Shown here: one piece after another, positions 1 through 11,831 of the stretch | How the letters are laid out: each line of letters opens with the position of its first letter | Position numbering within the stretch: position 1 is the first letter of the stretch | Assembly: GCA_004764695.1 (NCBI GenBank) | Contig: SMSO01000035.1 | Span: 1,178,001 to 1,242,000 of the forward strand | DNA: 64,000 nt | Direction: 5' to 3' | Origin: Schizochytrium sp. TIO01 | Lineage: Eukaryota; Protista; Bigyra: Labyrinthulomycetes | Notes under the pieces: generated by a model | Databases searched by the model: none | Seen by the model: only the letters and a program-made list of their open reading frames with translations | Told to the model about the DNA's origin: nothing | Translations under genes and position numbers: made by a program

Positions 1-3000
1 TGCGTGTTTCGGTATACAGAAGAGCTCTGTGGAGCTCCCGAGCATGAAATGAGTCAGTCGTAAGACAGCACGAAACTATGGTACGCTGAGCTGCACACCG
101 CCGCTCTTCTCCAAGGCACTCCTTGCTGATCTTTATTGCCTTCTCGCACGAACCATGCCCCTGCTAGACAATTTGCTCTGATGTGGCTTGCTCTTTTTCA
201 AGACAAGTTAGGTAGGTGTGCGCGTCTCCTAAGTGTTCGTAGCACAGCGTACTGTATATTATAGCGTGTAAACTAAACTCCCTTCTCCTGGTATATATAA
301 AGCACAGCCATTCGGTGGTGCGAGTTTGCTCTCTTTCTTAGCACTTCACGAAGCGAAATATTGTAGCAAAGCTGTAAGAAGAGTCGCTACCAGAATGTGG
401 ATCTTTATTCAGATTACGCTCAGCTTTAGGATGATATCTAATCAGAATGGTACACCTACCAAACATTGGTTTTCTTTCCTCGGCCTGCGGCGTCCTTGTA
501 AGCAGTAGCTTGCCTTTTGTGTTGTCAAGAAGCACTATGATTTTGCATCGTTTTCCTTTAATCTTTCTTTTGAGGGGTTGAAAAACGGATACATATCAAC
601 GGTACTCTAAAATATTTCCACAACCCGTCCATCAATTTTTTTTTTCCTCCTTCTTTTCTCATATTTAATCGTCTTCTTTAAAGAAAGAAAAATTGTACCA
701 CTGGACAGCTAAGGCTCGGCAGAACCTGCAGTTCGAATCACGTGTTCACCTTCTGAGAGTAATTTTCCGTAGACACATTGTCTTGCTTCGGCATTGGTGC
801 GCAGTGATGCTTTTAGTGCATGTCCTGAGATTTTTCTTTTAATATCTATTTTTGTCTTGAAGTACGAAGGGCACGTGCCTGCTTGATTCTTTTTTAAGAT
901 CAGAAAACACAAATCAGGAGGAGCACATCCTTACCACTACTAGTATGCATTCTGCATTTTGACTCATTCACGGCATCTGCCGACAGCGCAACGTCGATTC
1001 TACCACCAAACGTGCAAGTGGCGGTTAGAAGTTCTATCGGAACTGTTACAGATATCTTTGTTTTTTCTTTCGCTCAGGCAGCCTTTATTTTTTACGTATA
1101 TGTACCTAGTGTTGAAATAGATGAAGGATTCACCAATAGGTGTGAATATCTCTTTGGAAATATGTAACAATAGTATCTAGCTAGTACGCAAAGTCAAGAT
1201 TTTTACCACTACCCTAGTATCTTCCTTGGTGTAGCAGGTGAGTCTACCCTACTACCAGACTATAGTCATCCAAGGAGGAGTGTCTGTGAATTCTTTAACT
1301 TCAAGTTGGGTTTAATTCAATAAAGAAGGATTCAGAAAGAAGAAAAAACGTCACTGTAGTTCATTGTCTACTAGTTACTAGCGATTAAATCAGTCTTGAA
1401 AACCCCTTGTCGATCTGTACTAATTAGAGGCCAATACTAAAACTCCTTTTGCTAAGGTAATAACTAAAACAAAAGCATACGTCTCATAGCTCATCTCTCT
1501 CATTTTAAATACTTACTCGAATGTGAGCACAATTGTGCTTTTGGCTTGGAACTGTGCTTTTTCGGCGCCCTCGTAAATCAGGGGCTATGTGTATTCGTGG
1601 AATCTTTTACTTGGGCGACAAATGAATGCGCTTACTTCATTAATGTGGGTGAAAAAACTTAAACAAAATGGCTTATAACCTTTTGTAAACCAAGAGATTG
1701 CAATGAACTTATTGTAATAGGTCATTCCACCTTAGATACATATATGCTGTTACTTGAGTTTGGCATAAGTAAAAATATGTGTACGAATAGCTTCTAATAG
1801 AAGTGAGTGGGTGACACCTAAACTACTACTGTTACAGACATTCGACAATATATAATCAAGGGTAGCAACCAAGAACGTTTCAAAGAATTTGCAAATATTG
1901 TAGCTTAAAAGCACACTCCTTCTCTGGAGGACAAAATGACTCCCTGTTGATACCAGTAGAAATCGGACGGACATAAATAAGGGTAATCTCAAAGGATTTC
2001 AAAGTAAGACACTAAAAGAGGTGCAGATAGATATTCTTGTGAGCGACTTCGCGAGTATCATGGAGTTGATTCTCAAGTCATGCATATTGCTTGCCAATTG
2101 ACCATAATCGTATCCCTTTTATTGCGAGAATGGTTGGAAAGGAATATTTTCTGAAAGTATGAATTGCTTAAAGGACTGCTGAAATATAAAAACAACCACT
2201 ATGAGGAGCTGGCTTTGTCTTTTTACCTTAAAAATAAGAACACCACGCTATATCTTCAGAAAACAGATTTTGCAAAGCCCAGTAAACTAAACTCCATAAC
2301 AGGATACAGAAAGATGAATACCCTACGTAAAATGCCTAGTGCTGGCGAATTATAAATTAAAACAAGTGCCATGAATTTATATTGTTCAAAACTTGCCTTA
2401 TTCTTGCCTATTTTTGCTACAAAGGTTGCATTCCAGGGATCTGCCTCTCACGTTTGTCTTATTTCGGTTCCGCCTCTTCTCAAGGTTGATGATGGTAATC
2501 TATATGATAAACGGTGTCGTTTCCCTTCACAATTCAGTTGCATTGTACACCGCAATAAGAATCTGCTTAGAATCACCAAAGATGTGCTTGAATTAGAGGA
2601 AGTCTGGAATTGTTGTTTACATTGTCAATATTTAGAAAATGCAAGGCCACTGCAACTCAAATTTAGGCCGAAACTGGAGGTTCGGGAGCGCAGAGCATTA
2701 AGGCTAATCCTTCTATTAGAAATGAATCATGGCCACGTAGTACATTTAGGGTAAAGCGCACCACACCTGAACGTGCTTCTCACAGCCCCCTGCCGCCGTT
2801 GCTACTAAACTCAGAGATCTTATTAAGGATGACATTGCTGGGCTTCTATTGGCAAATCGTGATTCCTGATGTGTCCTTCCTTATGCCTAATAGCAAGTTC
2901 CTGTATGCAAAAGTTCATTGAGAAAAGACAAAACATAAAATTGGCGCGTGCACATAAATGAAATAAGTATAGTAATCAGTACGTAGCTGATCCCCTATTA

Positions 3001-3483
3001 ATAGATAGAGTAATCATAAAGATTGGAACACGTGCCAAACATCGCTTTTCCACCAGCCAGCCTTTATGCCCTGCAGCAAGTCGTTGGCAAAGACCCTCAA
3101 AGAATATCATTAATCTGAGATATCTTTAGTAGAGTACAAGCTACTAGACGTAATCGTACCCTCCATTTCTCTCTAAAGTTATTCTTTGCATAAATTAATT
3201 AATATGGTGATAAAAGATCATTCGACAGGCTGAAAATTTTTAAGTATTAAATAAGAATATATCCTACTAGTTCAACTTAGATTCATTCCAGGCACCTAAT
3301 TTACCAGCCGGGCAGTTGCAATCATTCGCAATTTCTCTTTTTGAATTTATAGTCCTGTTACCCTTGGTCGAATGAGCAAGTTTATATTCGTGCATATTGC
3401 TCGCAATCCTACTCATTGCAGTATTAGGTACCTCACCTATAATGATTTTTCATTACCTCATTACCTCACATACAACACAAGAG

Positions 3484-3778
3484 GTAAGTAAGTACCAGTT
3501 TTTAAATTAAACATTAATAAATAAATAAAAAATGAACATTAAAACTTGGCACCAAGACAAGAGGTAGGTGCTTGCTTCCATGCAACATCTGTAATGAGTT
3601 CAGGGAGGGATCTTATTTATACTCAGCTGCTCCATGCAACGCCATACACGAAGACCGGAACAAGTCTGCTCATAGCAAATTAGAGAATCTCAAGCAAAAT
3701 CCATTCCGAAGTTTTTTAAACAAGAACTCAATCTCTGATTCGATCTTGAACAAGAAGGTTGACTAACTGATTCCTCAG
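3484..3778 (+). other. Putative 5'-UTR spliceosomal intron of the NIPA-family gene
   Basis: Donor AG|GTAAGT at 3484, branch-like ACTAAC at 3762-3767, acceptor TTCCTCAG ending 3778, just upstream of ATG 3817. Confidence 0.5.
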
Positions 3779-3816
3779 GTTTGAACATTGTGCCTCAGCT
3801 CCACGGAGACACCTCC

Positions 3817-5469
3817 ATGAAACCTCGCAGCAGATCATCTTTGATCTCCTCCAGGTCTTCTTTCACCGCTCTTAGTTCAGACCGTCAACCTGCAACATCA
3901 CCTCACCAGCGTAAACACGCTCAACTTCATCGTCATTTCCACAGCTCTAGGGCTTCCAAGGCATCTAGACCTTCAACACCCTCGGATCGTGGACAGGACC
4001 AAGATCGCCGGCACTCCAAGCCCCTCTGCCCTGATCCGTTTGAGAACGCTGGTGACCGAAGCAGTGTCGTGCGCACCTCGGAACCTCTATCCTCCGCGCG
4101 CGACTTCGGCATTGGAGAGGTCTCTCGTGCCGACGCCGTCGCATACCTCAACGCGAAGGCAGCCTCATCTTCCGCAGCCTCTTTCTCAGCTGCTGCTAAC
4201 TTTAACGACTCTGCGACGACACAAGCTACTGCAGAACGCAGTGCCGGCCGTCGTCGCAGTCGCGAGAGCATCGCTCGCAGTGTAACCCACGCCTCGCTAG
4301 CAGCGCAAAAGTCTTCGGACGCTGCGACAGCGCTCAAGCTCGTAGTACCGCTTGTTGTTCTTGCTGCGTTTGAGATTTTACGACAGCTTGGAGCAGCCTT
4401 GACAAAGCAAAAGCTTGCAGATTCTGAAAACTCTGCACATATTTTTGCGGCTGGAGGACTTTTTTCGTCATTGTGGAAAACAGTCACCTTGACGGCAGGA
4501 GCAACAACTAGCACAAATTCTGAGATTACAATGGGTGCTGACAACGGCGTGAGTGGGTCTGTGGTGGTTGGTGTGTGCTTGAGTGTTGCAGCCTCATGCA
4601 TGAACGCTTTGGGGCTCAATTTGCAGCGTCTCGGGCAAGGTGCTGATCAGCCTCGATCTAACTTTCTCAAGGCGATTCCTGGTGGCCTTAACACAGTTGG
4701 TGTTGCACTTTCAGCTCTTTCAGGCATTACAGACCTTGTTTCGTTTGGCTTTGCTCCTCAAAGTTTGCTTGCTCCCTTTGGAGCTGTGACCCTCGTGATA
4801 AACCTGATTTTGGCTCCAGTACTGCACCACGAGAAGCTTGCCACTGTCGATATTGTCGCAACATCGCTCGTGTGTGCAGGAATCGCTTTGGCTTTGTTGT
4901 CGAGTCCTGATGCAGGGCCACAGATGTCCTTCCATGAACTTCATCGCCTTGCAACGAGGTCTGTAGTTCCCGTGTATCTCATAGTGTACGCACTAATTAT
5001 GGCCTTTATTGCCAAACACATCGTCGATGGCGAACGTCGTGGCAAAGGTGAGTCCAGATCTGTAGGTGCTGGATATCCGGTGCTTGCAGGTATGCTTGGA
5101 GGTCTCACGACACTCTCGGCAAAGTCTCTTACAGAGCTGCTCAAGGTTGCCTCGTTCTCAACGCAACCAAAAGCTCTAGTAATTGCACTGGCGGCGACGG
5201 CGTGTTTTGCGGTAACGCAAGTCCGTGTACTTAATCGAGGACTTGGACGGCACTCTGCCCTCTTTGTAGTACCGTTGTTTTCAGCTTCCCTGCTGCTTGC
5301 GAATCTTTGTGGCGGTGGTGTCCTTTTTGATGAGTTTGCGGCATTTAAACCTCAACAGCTTGCGAAATTTCTTGTAGGAGTGGCCGTTGTAGTGTTTGGC
5401 GTTGCCATGCTGGCGACTAAGGAGGAGGAAGCTGATACAGAAGAAGGTATCAAGAAGAAGGCCAGGTGA
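3817..5469 (+). CDS. NIPA-family (DMT superfamily) magnesium transporter-like membrane protein with a long Ser/Arg-rich N-terminal extension
   Basis: ORF 3781..5469, first ATG at 3817 (alternative 4531). NIPA-type motifs NALGLNLQR, SFGFAPQSLLAPFGAVTLVINLILA, LNRGL...ALFVVP, GGVLFDEF; about 9 hydrophobic segments. Confidence 0.88.
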   Translation: MKPRSRSSLISSRSSFTALSSDRQPATSPHQRKHAQLHRHFHSSRASKASRPSTPSDRGQDQDRRHSKPLCPDPFENAGDRSSVVRTSEPLSSARDFGIGEVSRADAVAYLNAKAASSSAASFSAAANFNDSATTQATAERSAGRRRSRESIARSVTHASLAAQKSSDAATALKLVVPLVVLAAFEILRQLGAALTKQKLADSENSAHIFAAGGLFSSLWKTVTLTAGATTSTNSEITMGADNGVSGSVVVGVCLSVAASCMNALGLNLQRLGQGADQPRSNFLKAIPGGLNTVGVALSALSGITDLVSFGFAPQSLLAPFGAVTLVINLILAPVLHHEKLATVDIVATSLVCAGIALALLSSPDAGPQMSFHELHRLATRSVVPVYLIVYALIMAFIAKHIVDGERRGKGESRSVGAGYPVLAGMLGGLTTLSAKSLTELLKVASFSTQPKALVIALAATACFAVTQVRVLNRGLGRHSALFVVPLFSASLLLANLCGGGVLFDEFAAFKPQQLAKFLVGVAVVVFGVAMLATKEEEADTEEGIKKKAR

Positions 5470-6423
5470 GAAGCCCGCGAAGTAGGGATCCACAAAAATG
5501 ATGGCTATATCGACTTCAACAATGAGCCATAACTTATCCATCTAATGGGCATTACACGCTGACTCAGATACAATGCATATATATACATCCATGAAGCTGC
5601 GTGTATTGTTTATTTGGTACAAACCTGAATGTGATTCCAGACAAAGTGTTAGAGCCGATATGGGCATTTTCCAAAATGGTTTCTCTATGCTAATAATCTT
5701 ATTGTTGATTGGCATGAATTCGGATATCCATCATTATGTCTGTCAAACTCATCAATATGAAGAAAGAATTTGGCACATTTTCGGTTTTCCATGCGGTTAG
5801 CTTATGCTACGCTCTGCAATGTGGCGTGTCTAGTGTTTTTTAAGTTTCCTTTTAAATAATTGAGAGAAGATAATCTATTACACTTAACCATGCTCTTATT
5901 TACGCTCCCTCCCGTTCATTTGTCATATATTGTCCTGCTAGGACAGAACATCCATGATTACTTTAATTTCATCGTGAGTCTTACGGAATTCAATCGTTCA
6001 TGTAGGCAGAATGGTGTGGTTGAAAGCACTCTGCATTGGTAACTGGTTAGTTGATTAGTTCGAATTATATTTAATCTGGTCTATTCAGTTACCACACATT
6101 TTTTGATGAGTCTTCATTGTCTGTCAGTTTATTGGCGAATCTTCGCCTAACAATTGCTCTAGCGAATCATATACAACAGAAAAAATCGAGAAGGGCTGGC
6201 TGAAATCTAGGAGGAGGAAAGCATAATAATGATAGTTATTGTTTGTAAGTATGCTCTATGCAAGCAAAGAAATGAATGAAGAAATGAAAGCAAAAAGTAA
6301 AAAAGGTGAGAGGGAAGCGCGAGGGTTGCGTGTTGCGAATATATAGTTTCAACAAAGTTGGCGTGTATCAAATAAAAGTGCACTTGCACATATGCAGTGA
6401 GACTTTGTTTGGGACTCTTCGCT

Positions 6424-8178
6424 TTACGCACCCTGCGGTAGTGAACTGCCATGGCTACTCACGCTGCTGCTGCTGCTCATGAGGTTATTGTTACTCGTAT
6501 TGTTGCCTGGGGCTCCTTGGCCAGCTTCAAACCCTTGGGCTGTTAAACTTTGAAGCATTTGCATCATTTGTGCATCATCAATTCCACCTGGGCCGCCTGG
6601 GCCTCCAGAGCCCAGACCCCCTCCGTTGCCGCCCATAAAACTCTGCGTTAAGAGCTTCATGAGTTCCGCTTCATTGCCATCATCCATACCACCAAGGCCA
6701 CCAAGAAGGCTAGCAAGGCTACCCAGGTCATCCTCACCAAGTCCGAGAGCTCCAAGTCCGAGGTCATCTAAGGAAGAATCAGCATCTGTACCTTGTTGGA
6801 AAACAGCATTACAAAGATCGTCCAGCGCCGGGATATCTGATAGGCTCTGCTGAAAATCAGATCTTGGCGCAGAGGGCATTTCGTCCCCAGAAGCAAACCC
6901 ATCGGTTGGCGACCCAGGAGCCCGTGTGCTTCCTTCCTCAAGCACATGGCCAGATGCAACCTTAAGATTCACAATGATCTTTGTAAGGGAGAAGCGGTCC
7001 TCCTCATCATCCTCTTCAGCCTTGTTTGAATCACCTATCTGCTCTTTCTTAACACGGCGGTAAACCTCAAAAGGACGGTTCTGAATAACTTTGTGTAATA
7101 CATCAAAGAGACGATCAAATGTCTGCTCTGCTGCAAGAGCAAAGTTGGGACTCTCAATCATATCAAGTGTCTCCTCAAGCATATCACGAAGGATGGCGTT
7201 TTGCTCCGGGCTCAGCTCCCGATCCGGGCCCAAAATGCCCTCCTCGTCCTCCGGCACAAGACACTTTACAATCCATTGGCGGGTCTGCGCAGAGAGTCGA
7301 AGACCATCTTTAGGCTCGCCACATCCCTCGATCTGAGAACGGATCTTGTCAATCATATTCAGGATATCCCAACGATTTACAGTTGCATCCGTGCCCATAT
7401 TCCACTCCACGGTGGCTTGCTGGATTGCATTCTGCACATGGCGGAGCATAACTTCCATTCCATTTCCTGAGTTCATAAAGTGGTCGCTACCACTAAAGAG
7501 GAAGCTCTCACGCAGACGCTGTGAAACAAGGCCTGTACTCTCGTCGGAGCTTCCCGACGACGCGCTGCCATCGTCTTCACCCTGGTCTCCAGTGGGTCCG
7601 TTCTCGACAGCAGGCTGATTTAGTTTCCGTGCCTCAGCTTCCGCTTTGGCTTCCGCACGACGTTGCGAGATGGCTTCTTCAAATGCATAGCGACCAAGAA
7701 TGTGCAATTGTATCCTCAACACACAGTTAAGAAGGCCAAGAGCATAAACGGAAACAATAAGTCGAGCAAGGCTAACCACCTTGAGCTCGTCCCAAAGCTG
7801 CATAACTTCTTCCTCATCCTGAGCGGTGGGGGTGCCGCCCTCGTTTTTGCGACGCAGACGAACTGCTTTTAGTCTTTCCGTAACTGGCTTTGGGTCTGTA
7901 AGCTTCTTCACCATACCTCTGAGGGGTGGGACAAAGGTCAAGATCATGCTACTACACTCTTTGCGGACACGTGCCAGCTCAGATTCGCGGTACTGAGTTT
8001 CCATCATCTTCTCTTGCAGGCCGCGGCCAAGTTCTTCGACCTGACGCATACTATCAAGGACCATACGCTTTGCATAGTAGTATCCACCCACGCCCACTGC
8101 AGTCACTGTGCCGAGAGCAATAAACTTTTTCTTGTGCCATTTCAGGAAATCCCATGTGCGCTGCAAGTAGTCTGACAT
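6424..8178 (-). CDS. PEX3: Peroxin-3 (peroxisomal membrane biogenesis factor)
   Basis: N-terminal basic cluster plus TM (DFLKWHKKKFIALGTVTAVGVGGYYY); Pex3 core LWDELKVVSLARLIVSVY...LRIQLHILGRY; ETLDMIESPNF. Confidence 0.9.
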   Translation of the reverse strand: MSDYLQRTWDFLKWHKKKFIALGTVTAVGVGGYYYAKRMVLDSMRQVEELGRGLQEKMMETQYRESELARVRKECSSMILTFVPPLRGMVKKLTDPKPVTERLKAVRLRRKNEGGTPTAQDEEEVMQLWDELKVVSLARLIVSVYALGLLNCVLRIQLHILGRYAFEEAISQRRAEAKAEAEARKLNQPAVENGPTGDQGEDDGSASSGSSDESTGLVSQRLRESFLFSGSDHFMNSGNGMEVMLRHVQNAIQQATVEWNMGTDATVNRWDILNMIDKIRSQIEGCGEPKDGLRLSAQTRQWIVKCLVPEDEEGILGPDRELSPEQNAILRDMLEETLDMIESPNFALAAEQTFDRLFDVLHKVIQNRPFEVYRRVKKEQIGDSNKAEEDDEEDRFSLTKIIVNLKVASGHVLEEGSTRAPGSPTDGFASGDEMPSAPRSDFQQSLSDIPALDDLCNAVFQQGTDADSSLDDLGLGALGLGEDDLGSLASLLGGLGGMDDGNEAELMKLLTQSFMGGNGGGLGSGGPGGPGGIDDAQMMQMLQSLTAQGFEAGQGAPGNNTSNNNLMSSSSSVSSHGSSLPQGA

Positions 8179-9643
8179 CTTGTCGCAGTTTATGCTCTTA
8201 TATGCAGTCTCACAAGTAAAGTCTTTTCTTAACCAAACAGCAATCTAGAGCTAACGAATGACCCAGGTTATCGCAGGATTCCCACGCGATGCTAGCCTAC
8301 TTGTTCCAGCGATCTTCAACGAACAATAAATTGCAGGTTTCACTTTTCCACAGGATCTGCAAAATTCCGATTAAGGAGCAGACTATATAGAGGCCAATGA
8401 GTATGTCTTCTCCAAATTCCTGTTACTCTCGAGATGTTCTTTATTCTCAGAAATCACAACCTCCAAAGCAAATAGATAATTTAGTACAATCTTTCCAAAG
8501 TCAAGTAATCAGCAGTAATTAGAACCGGCTGTTAGACCTTTCCCCCAAGATAGCTTTATCAGTGGTCGTGCTCTTCCCTGTCAAGGCACTAAGGTTCTCC
8601 ACGACAACCTTGTAGTGCAAATACTCTCGTGTAATTGCTGAGTCGCAGCGACGTCTTCGCGAGTTGGTCTCAAGAAAGAAAGCTAAAGTCACGATCTGCA
8701 GAAAGTTGAACTCCACGCCAGCAAAACTGGCAAAGCAACCAATTAACTTCTCGCTAGCTCCGCAGAGAGCTGCGCTTCTCACTCTCTCGCGAAAGAGTAT
8801 ATGATTGAATGAAATCAGATTGCTACTCTGTCCTGCTTCTTCACGGTGGATTGGGAATGGCAAACCTCCTTGCATTCTCTATTTCCACCTTAATACTACC
8901 CTAAGAAGTGCCCTCTAAAATTAAGGTCTACTGCACAGTCGTTTCACATAACTGCACTATGCTTATGTGTTACATATATAAACGTTTCAGGTAGGAAGTA
9001 CCTCACAGTTCCTCATACGTTCCACAAATGTTCTGTCTCGATCCGCCCTCCCAGCGTCTAGCAGGGTTATGACCCTGTTAGGCGGTGGGCCTGCCGCCAT
9101 CCTTGTTCTTATAATCCGCCTTTTTCATTTAGTAGTATCTCCTAGCTGGATTGGAATACGGTACACACCAGACCCTCCTCGATTGGGACATAGAGGAAAC
9201 CTGTAGCAGTGTTTGGACTATGTCCGAAGGGAGAGAGCAACTCGCAGGTCGTGGCCGTGTGGGCACTTTGGAAATGAAGGGACTTGAGAGTTTTAAGTAA
9301 GAGGTTTGAAAAGTCTACTTGTCGGATGGGTAGGAAATGAGTTATAGAGGATACTTGATAGTAAGTCAAAGGCTATAGGCTATAGTAGATTGAGGAGTAC
9401 TGTAGGTCTGTCTTGAATGGAGCGGTATGTATGGTGCTCAACAGCATCAACATCAAGAATATGATATTGATCAACGACGAGTAAGTCGAAGTCGTCAAGG
9501 AGGCGCAGCAATCCTCCATTCCGAGGCGTCGAAGACCTGAGCGGAGTTAGGTCCGCTGGGACTCTCGCTCCTGAATTTAACCCTTTTCCTGCACCCGTTC
9601 GCGTCCCCGGTCGTCGCGTAAGCCTTGTGCGGTCGCAAAGACA

Positions 9644-11269
9644 ATGTGGCGCTCCATGGGATCTCGCGTGGCTGCAGGCAGCTCTGCTGTTATGGCTCGC
9701 CAGGCCGCCTCACTCTCTTCTCGCAACACCAGCGTGTGGTCGCGCTGTCTGAGCTCCGCCGCACCTGCTGCTGCAACGTCATCGCTCAACCACGAGGACG
9801 CCGCTCGCAAAGGCGTCGCCACAATCGCCGCTATTGCCGCCGCGGCAGGCCTCGTCATGACTTCTAGCGTTGCTCTTGCAGAGGCTGAAGCTTCTAGCAT
9901 TCCCAAGCTTGCCTCTGCCGATATCTCAAAGGTAGCACAGAGCTCGGAAAATCCTGAGGCTGCTGAGGGTTCTAAAGAGTCTAAGGCTGCCGAGACTTCT
10001 CAAGAGAATGCCGACTCATCTGCTAAGGGAGACGATTCTGCGCAAGATTCTTCTAAGAGTGAGACTGCTGCTGCTGGTTCTGGAGCTGAGGTGAAGAAGG
10101 TTCCTAAAATCCCGAACCCTGACAGCCACACAGAGGGCGCCGAGGATAGCGATGCCGAGGATGATGAGGATGCTGGCATCAAGTTCTACATTCCGCCCGC
10201 GGAGGAATCCAAGGTCCAGATTTTCAGCGGAAACGGCAACTGGTATTTGGCTAACGAGGTTTCTATGCACCTTGGTGTACAGTTGGGTCGCGCCACTGTA
10301 AAGAGATTTGCGGATGGTGAGGTTTCGGTGAACATCTTGGACAATGTACGCGGAAAGGATGTATTCGTTATTCAGCCGCTTGCCCCCCCTGTCAACGAAA
10401 ACCTCATGGAGCTTCTTCTTATGGTAACCACTCTGCGCCGGTCTTCGGCTGGATGCATTACTGCTGTTATTCCCTACTATGGGTATTGCCGCTCTACTCG
10501 CAAGGAGAAGGATGTCCGCTCTCCTATTGGCGCCGCCGATGTGGCTAAGATGCTCCAGGTTGCTGGCGTGGACCACGTCATCGCAGTCGATCTTCACCAC
10601 TCTCAGATCATGGGCATGTTTGGCCCTGACACCCCTGTAGACAACCTTGATGTGTCCAGTCTCGCTATCCCATACTTCGAGACCAAGTACCTGCACAAGC
10701 CCGTTGTTGTCTCGCCGGATGCCAACGGTGCAGCACGAGCCAAGATCTTCCGCGACAAGCTCATCAAGCGTAAGATTGACTCTTCTCTGGCTATCATTGT
10801 TGATCATGAGTCCAAGAAACGTGGTTGGGAGTCCGACGAGGATGACTCTGAGGAGGCCACCGACAGCAAGAAGAAGAAGAAGGGCAGCATCCAGGATTGG
10901 ACTGAGGAGGAGCTCGAGGGCATGGAGCTGGTTGGCGACGTGCAGGGCCGCGACTGTATCATATTTGACGACATGGTGGACAGTGCCGGTCGCATCACCC
11001 GTGCTGCCAAGAAGCTCAAGCTTGCTGGCGCCCGCCGCGTTTTTGCCTTTACTACCCACGGCCTCTTTCTGGGCAACGCTTACGAGCGCATTGAGAAGTC
11101 TGAGCTCATTGAGGTTGTCTGTGTCAACACTGTTCCGCTTGCAACTTCCACGGTCCGCGGAGTTAACAGCTGGGTGTACTCCAACAAGGTTCACCAGCTC
11201 TCCGTGGCGGCTCTCTTGGCCGAGGCCATCCGTCGCATCACCGAGAAGAAGTCGGTGACCAAGTTATAA
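9644..11269 (+). CDS. PRS: Ribose-phosphate pyrophosphokinase (PRPP synthetase) family protein with a mitochondrial-type presequence; possibly non-catalytic
   Basis: Motifs IFSGN, RFADGEVSV, VRGKDVFVIQ, NENLMELLLM, ITAVIPYYGY, VDLH, VVVSPD, LVGDVQGRDCIIFDDMVDS, THGLF; N-terminus is Arg/Ser/Ala-rich and acid-free. Confidence 0.92.
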   Translation: MWRSMGSRVAAGSSAVMARQAASLSSRNTSVWSRCLSSAAPAAATSSLNHEDAARKGVATIAAIAAAAGLVMTSSVALAEAEASSIPKLASADISKVAQSSENPEAAEGSKESKAAETSQENADSSAKGDDSAQDSSKSETAAAGSGAEVKKVPKIPNPDSHTEGAEDSDAEDDEDAGIKFYIPPAEESKVQIFSGNGNWYLANEVSMHLGVQLGRATVKRFADGEVSVNILDNVRGKDVFVIQPLAPPVNENLMELLLMVTTLRRSSAGCITAVIPYYGYCRSTRKEKDVRSPIGAADVAKMLQVAGVDHVIAVDLHHSQIMGMFGPDTPVDNLDVSSLAIPYFETKYLHKPVVVSPDANGAARAKIFRDKLIKRKIDSSLAIIVDHESKKRGWESDEDDSEEATDSKKKKKGSIQDWTEEELEGMELVGDVQGRDCIIFDDMVDSAGRITRAAKKLKLAGARRVFAFTTHGLFLGNAYERIEKSELIEVVCVNTVPLATSTVRGVNSWVYSNKVHQLSVAALLAEAIRRITEKKSVTKL

Positions 11270-11831
11270 ACAAGTAGACAAGTTTCTTTCGGTATTTACA
11301 CTACCGCCACAGCTACAATAATCATTACAACAACAGTTAACGTTTCATACGCAACCTATTTCCAGCAGCAACAAATAAGCCAACTCACACAAACACAACA
11401 ATTCAATTTTAAAAATAACATCCTAAGTAAACAAAGTTTAGAACTACGTTTTTTAAATTTCTTTCTGGTTCAAGCGAGGAACTTTGCACAAAGCGTTTAA
11501 TATTGGTTATGCATTATGAATTCTCACTGAGGAGGCTGTTGATTCTAATAGTAGCATACATACACCACACATATTCAAAAATTTACAATAGATCTTTTCT
11601 CATTAGACTTTGGTGTCGCAGGTCCTTTTATGCGTGGGCATGCTGTTTTTCTTTTGATTTACTGGGCCGATGATAAGAAGTTAAATCTTGCACTACAACC
11701 CGTTGGAACACAAATCGACAATATCTCTTCGGATTTGGTCAAACATCGAGCTTTGACATTAATTTTCTATTTTCATACTAAAGCCATGAGGGGTAGCTCT
11801 GTTTTGTTGTGCTTAGTAATGAATAAGAATA

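Noticed and set aside
1-3400. Short ORFs such as 2371-2754 (127 aa)
   Set aside because: No recognisable domain or coding bias; cannot support a gene call
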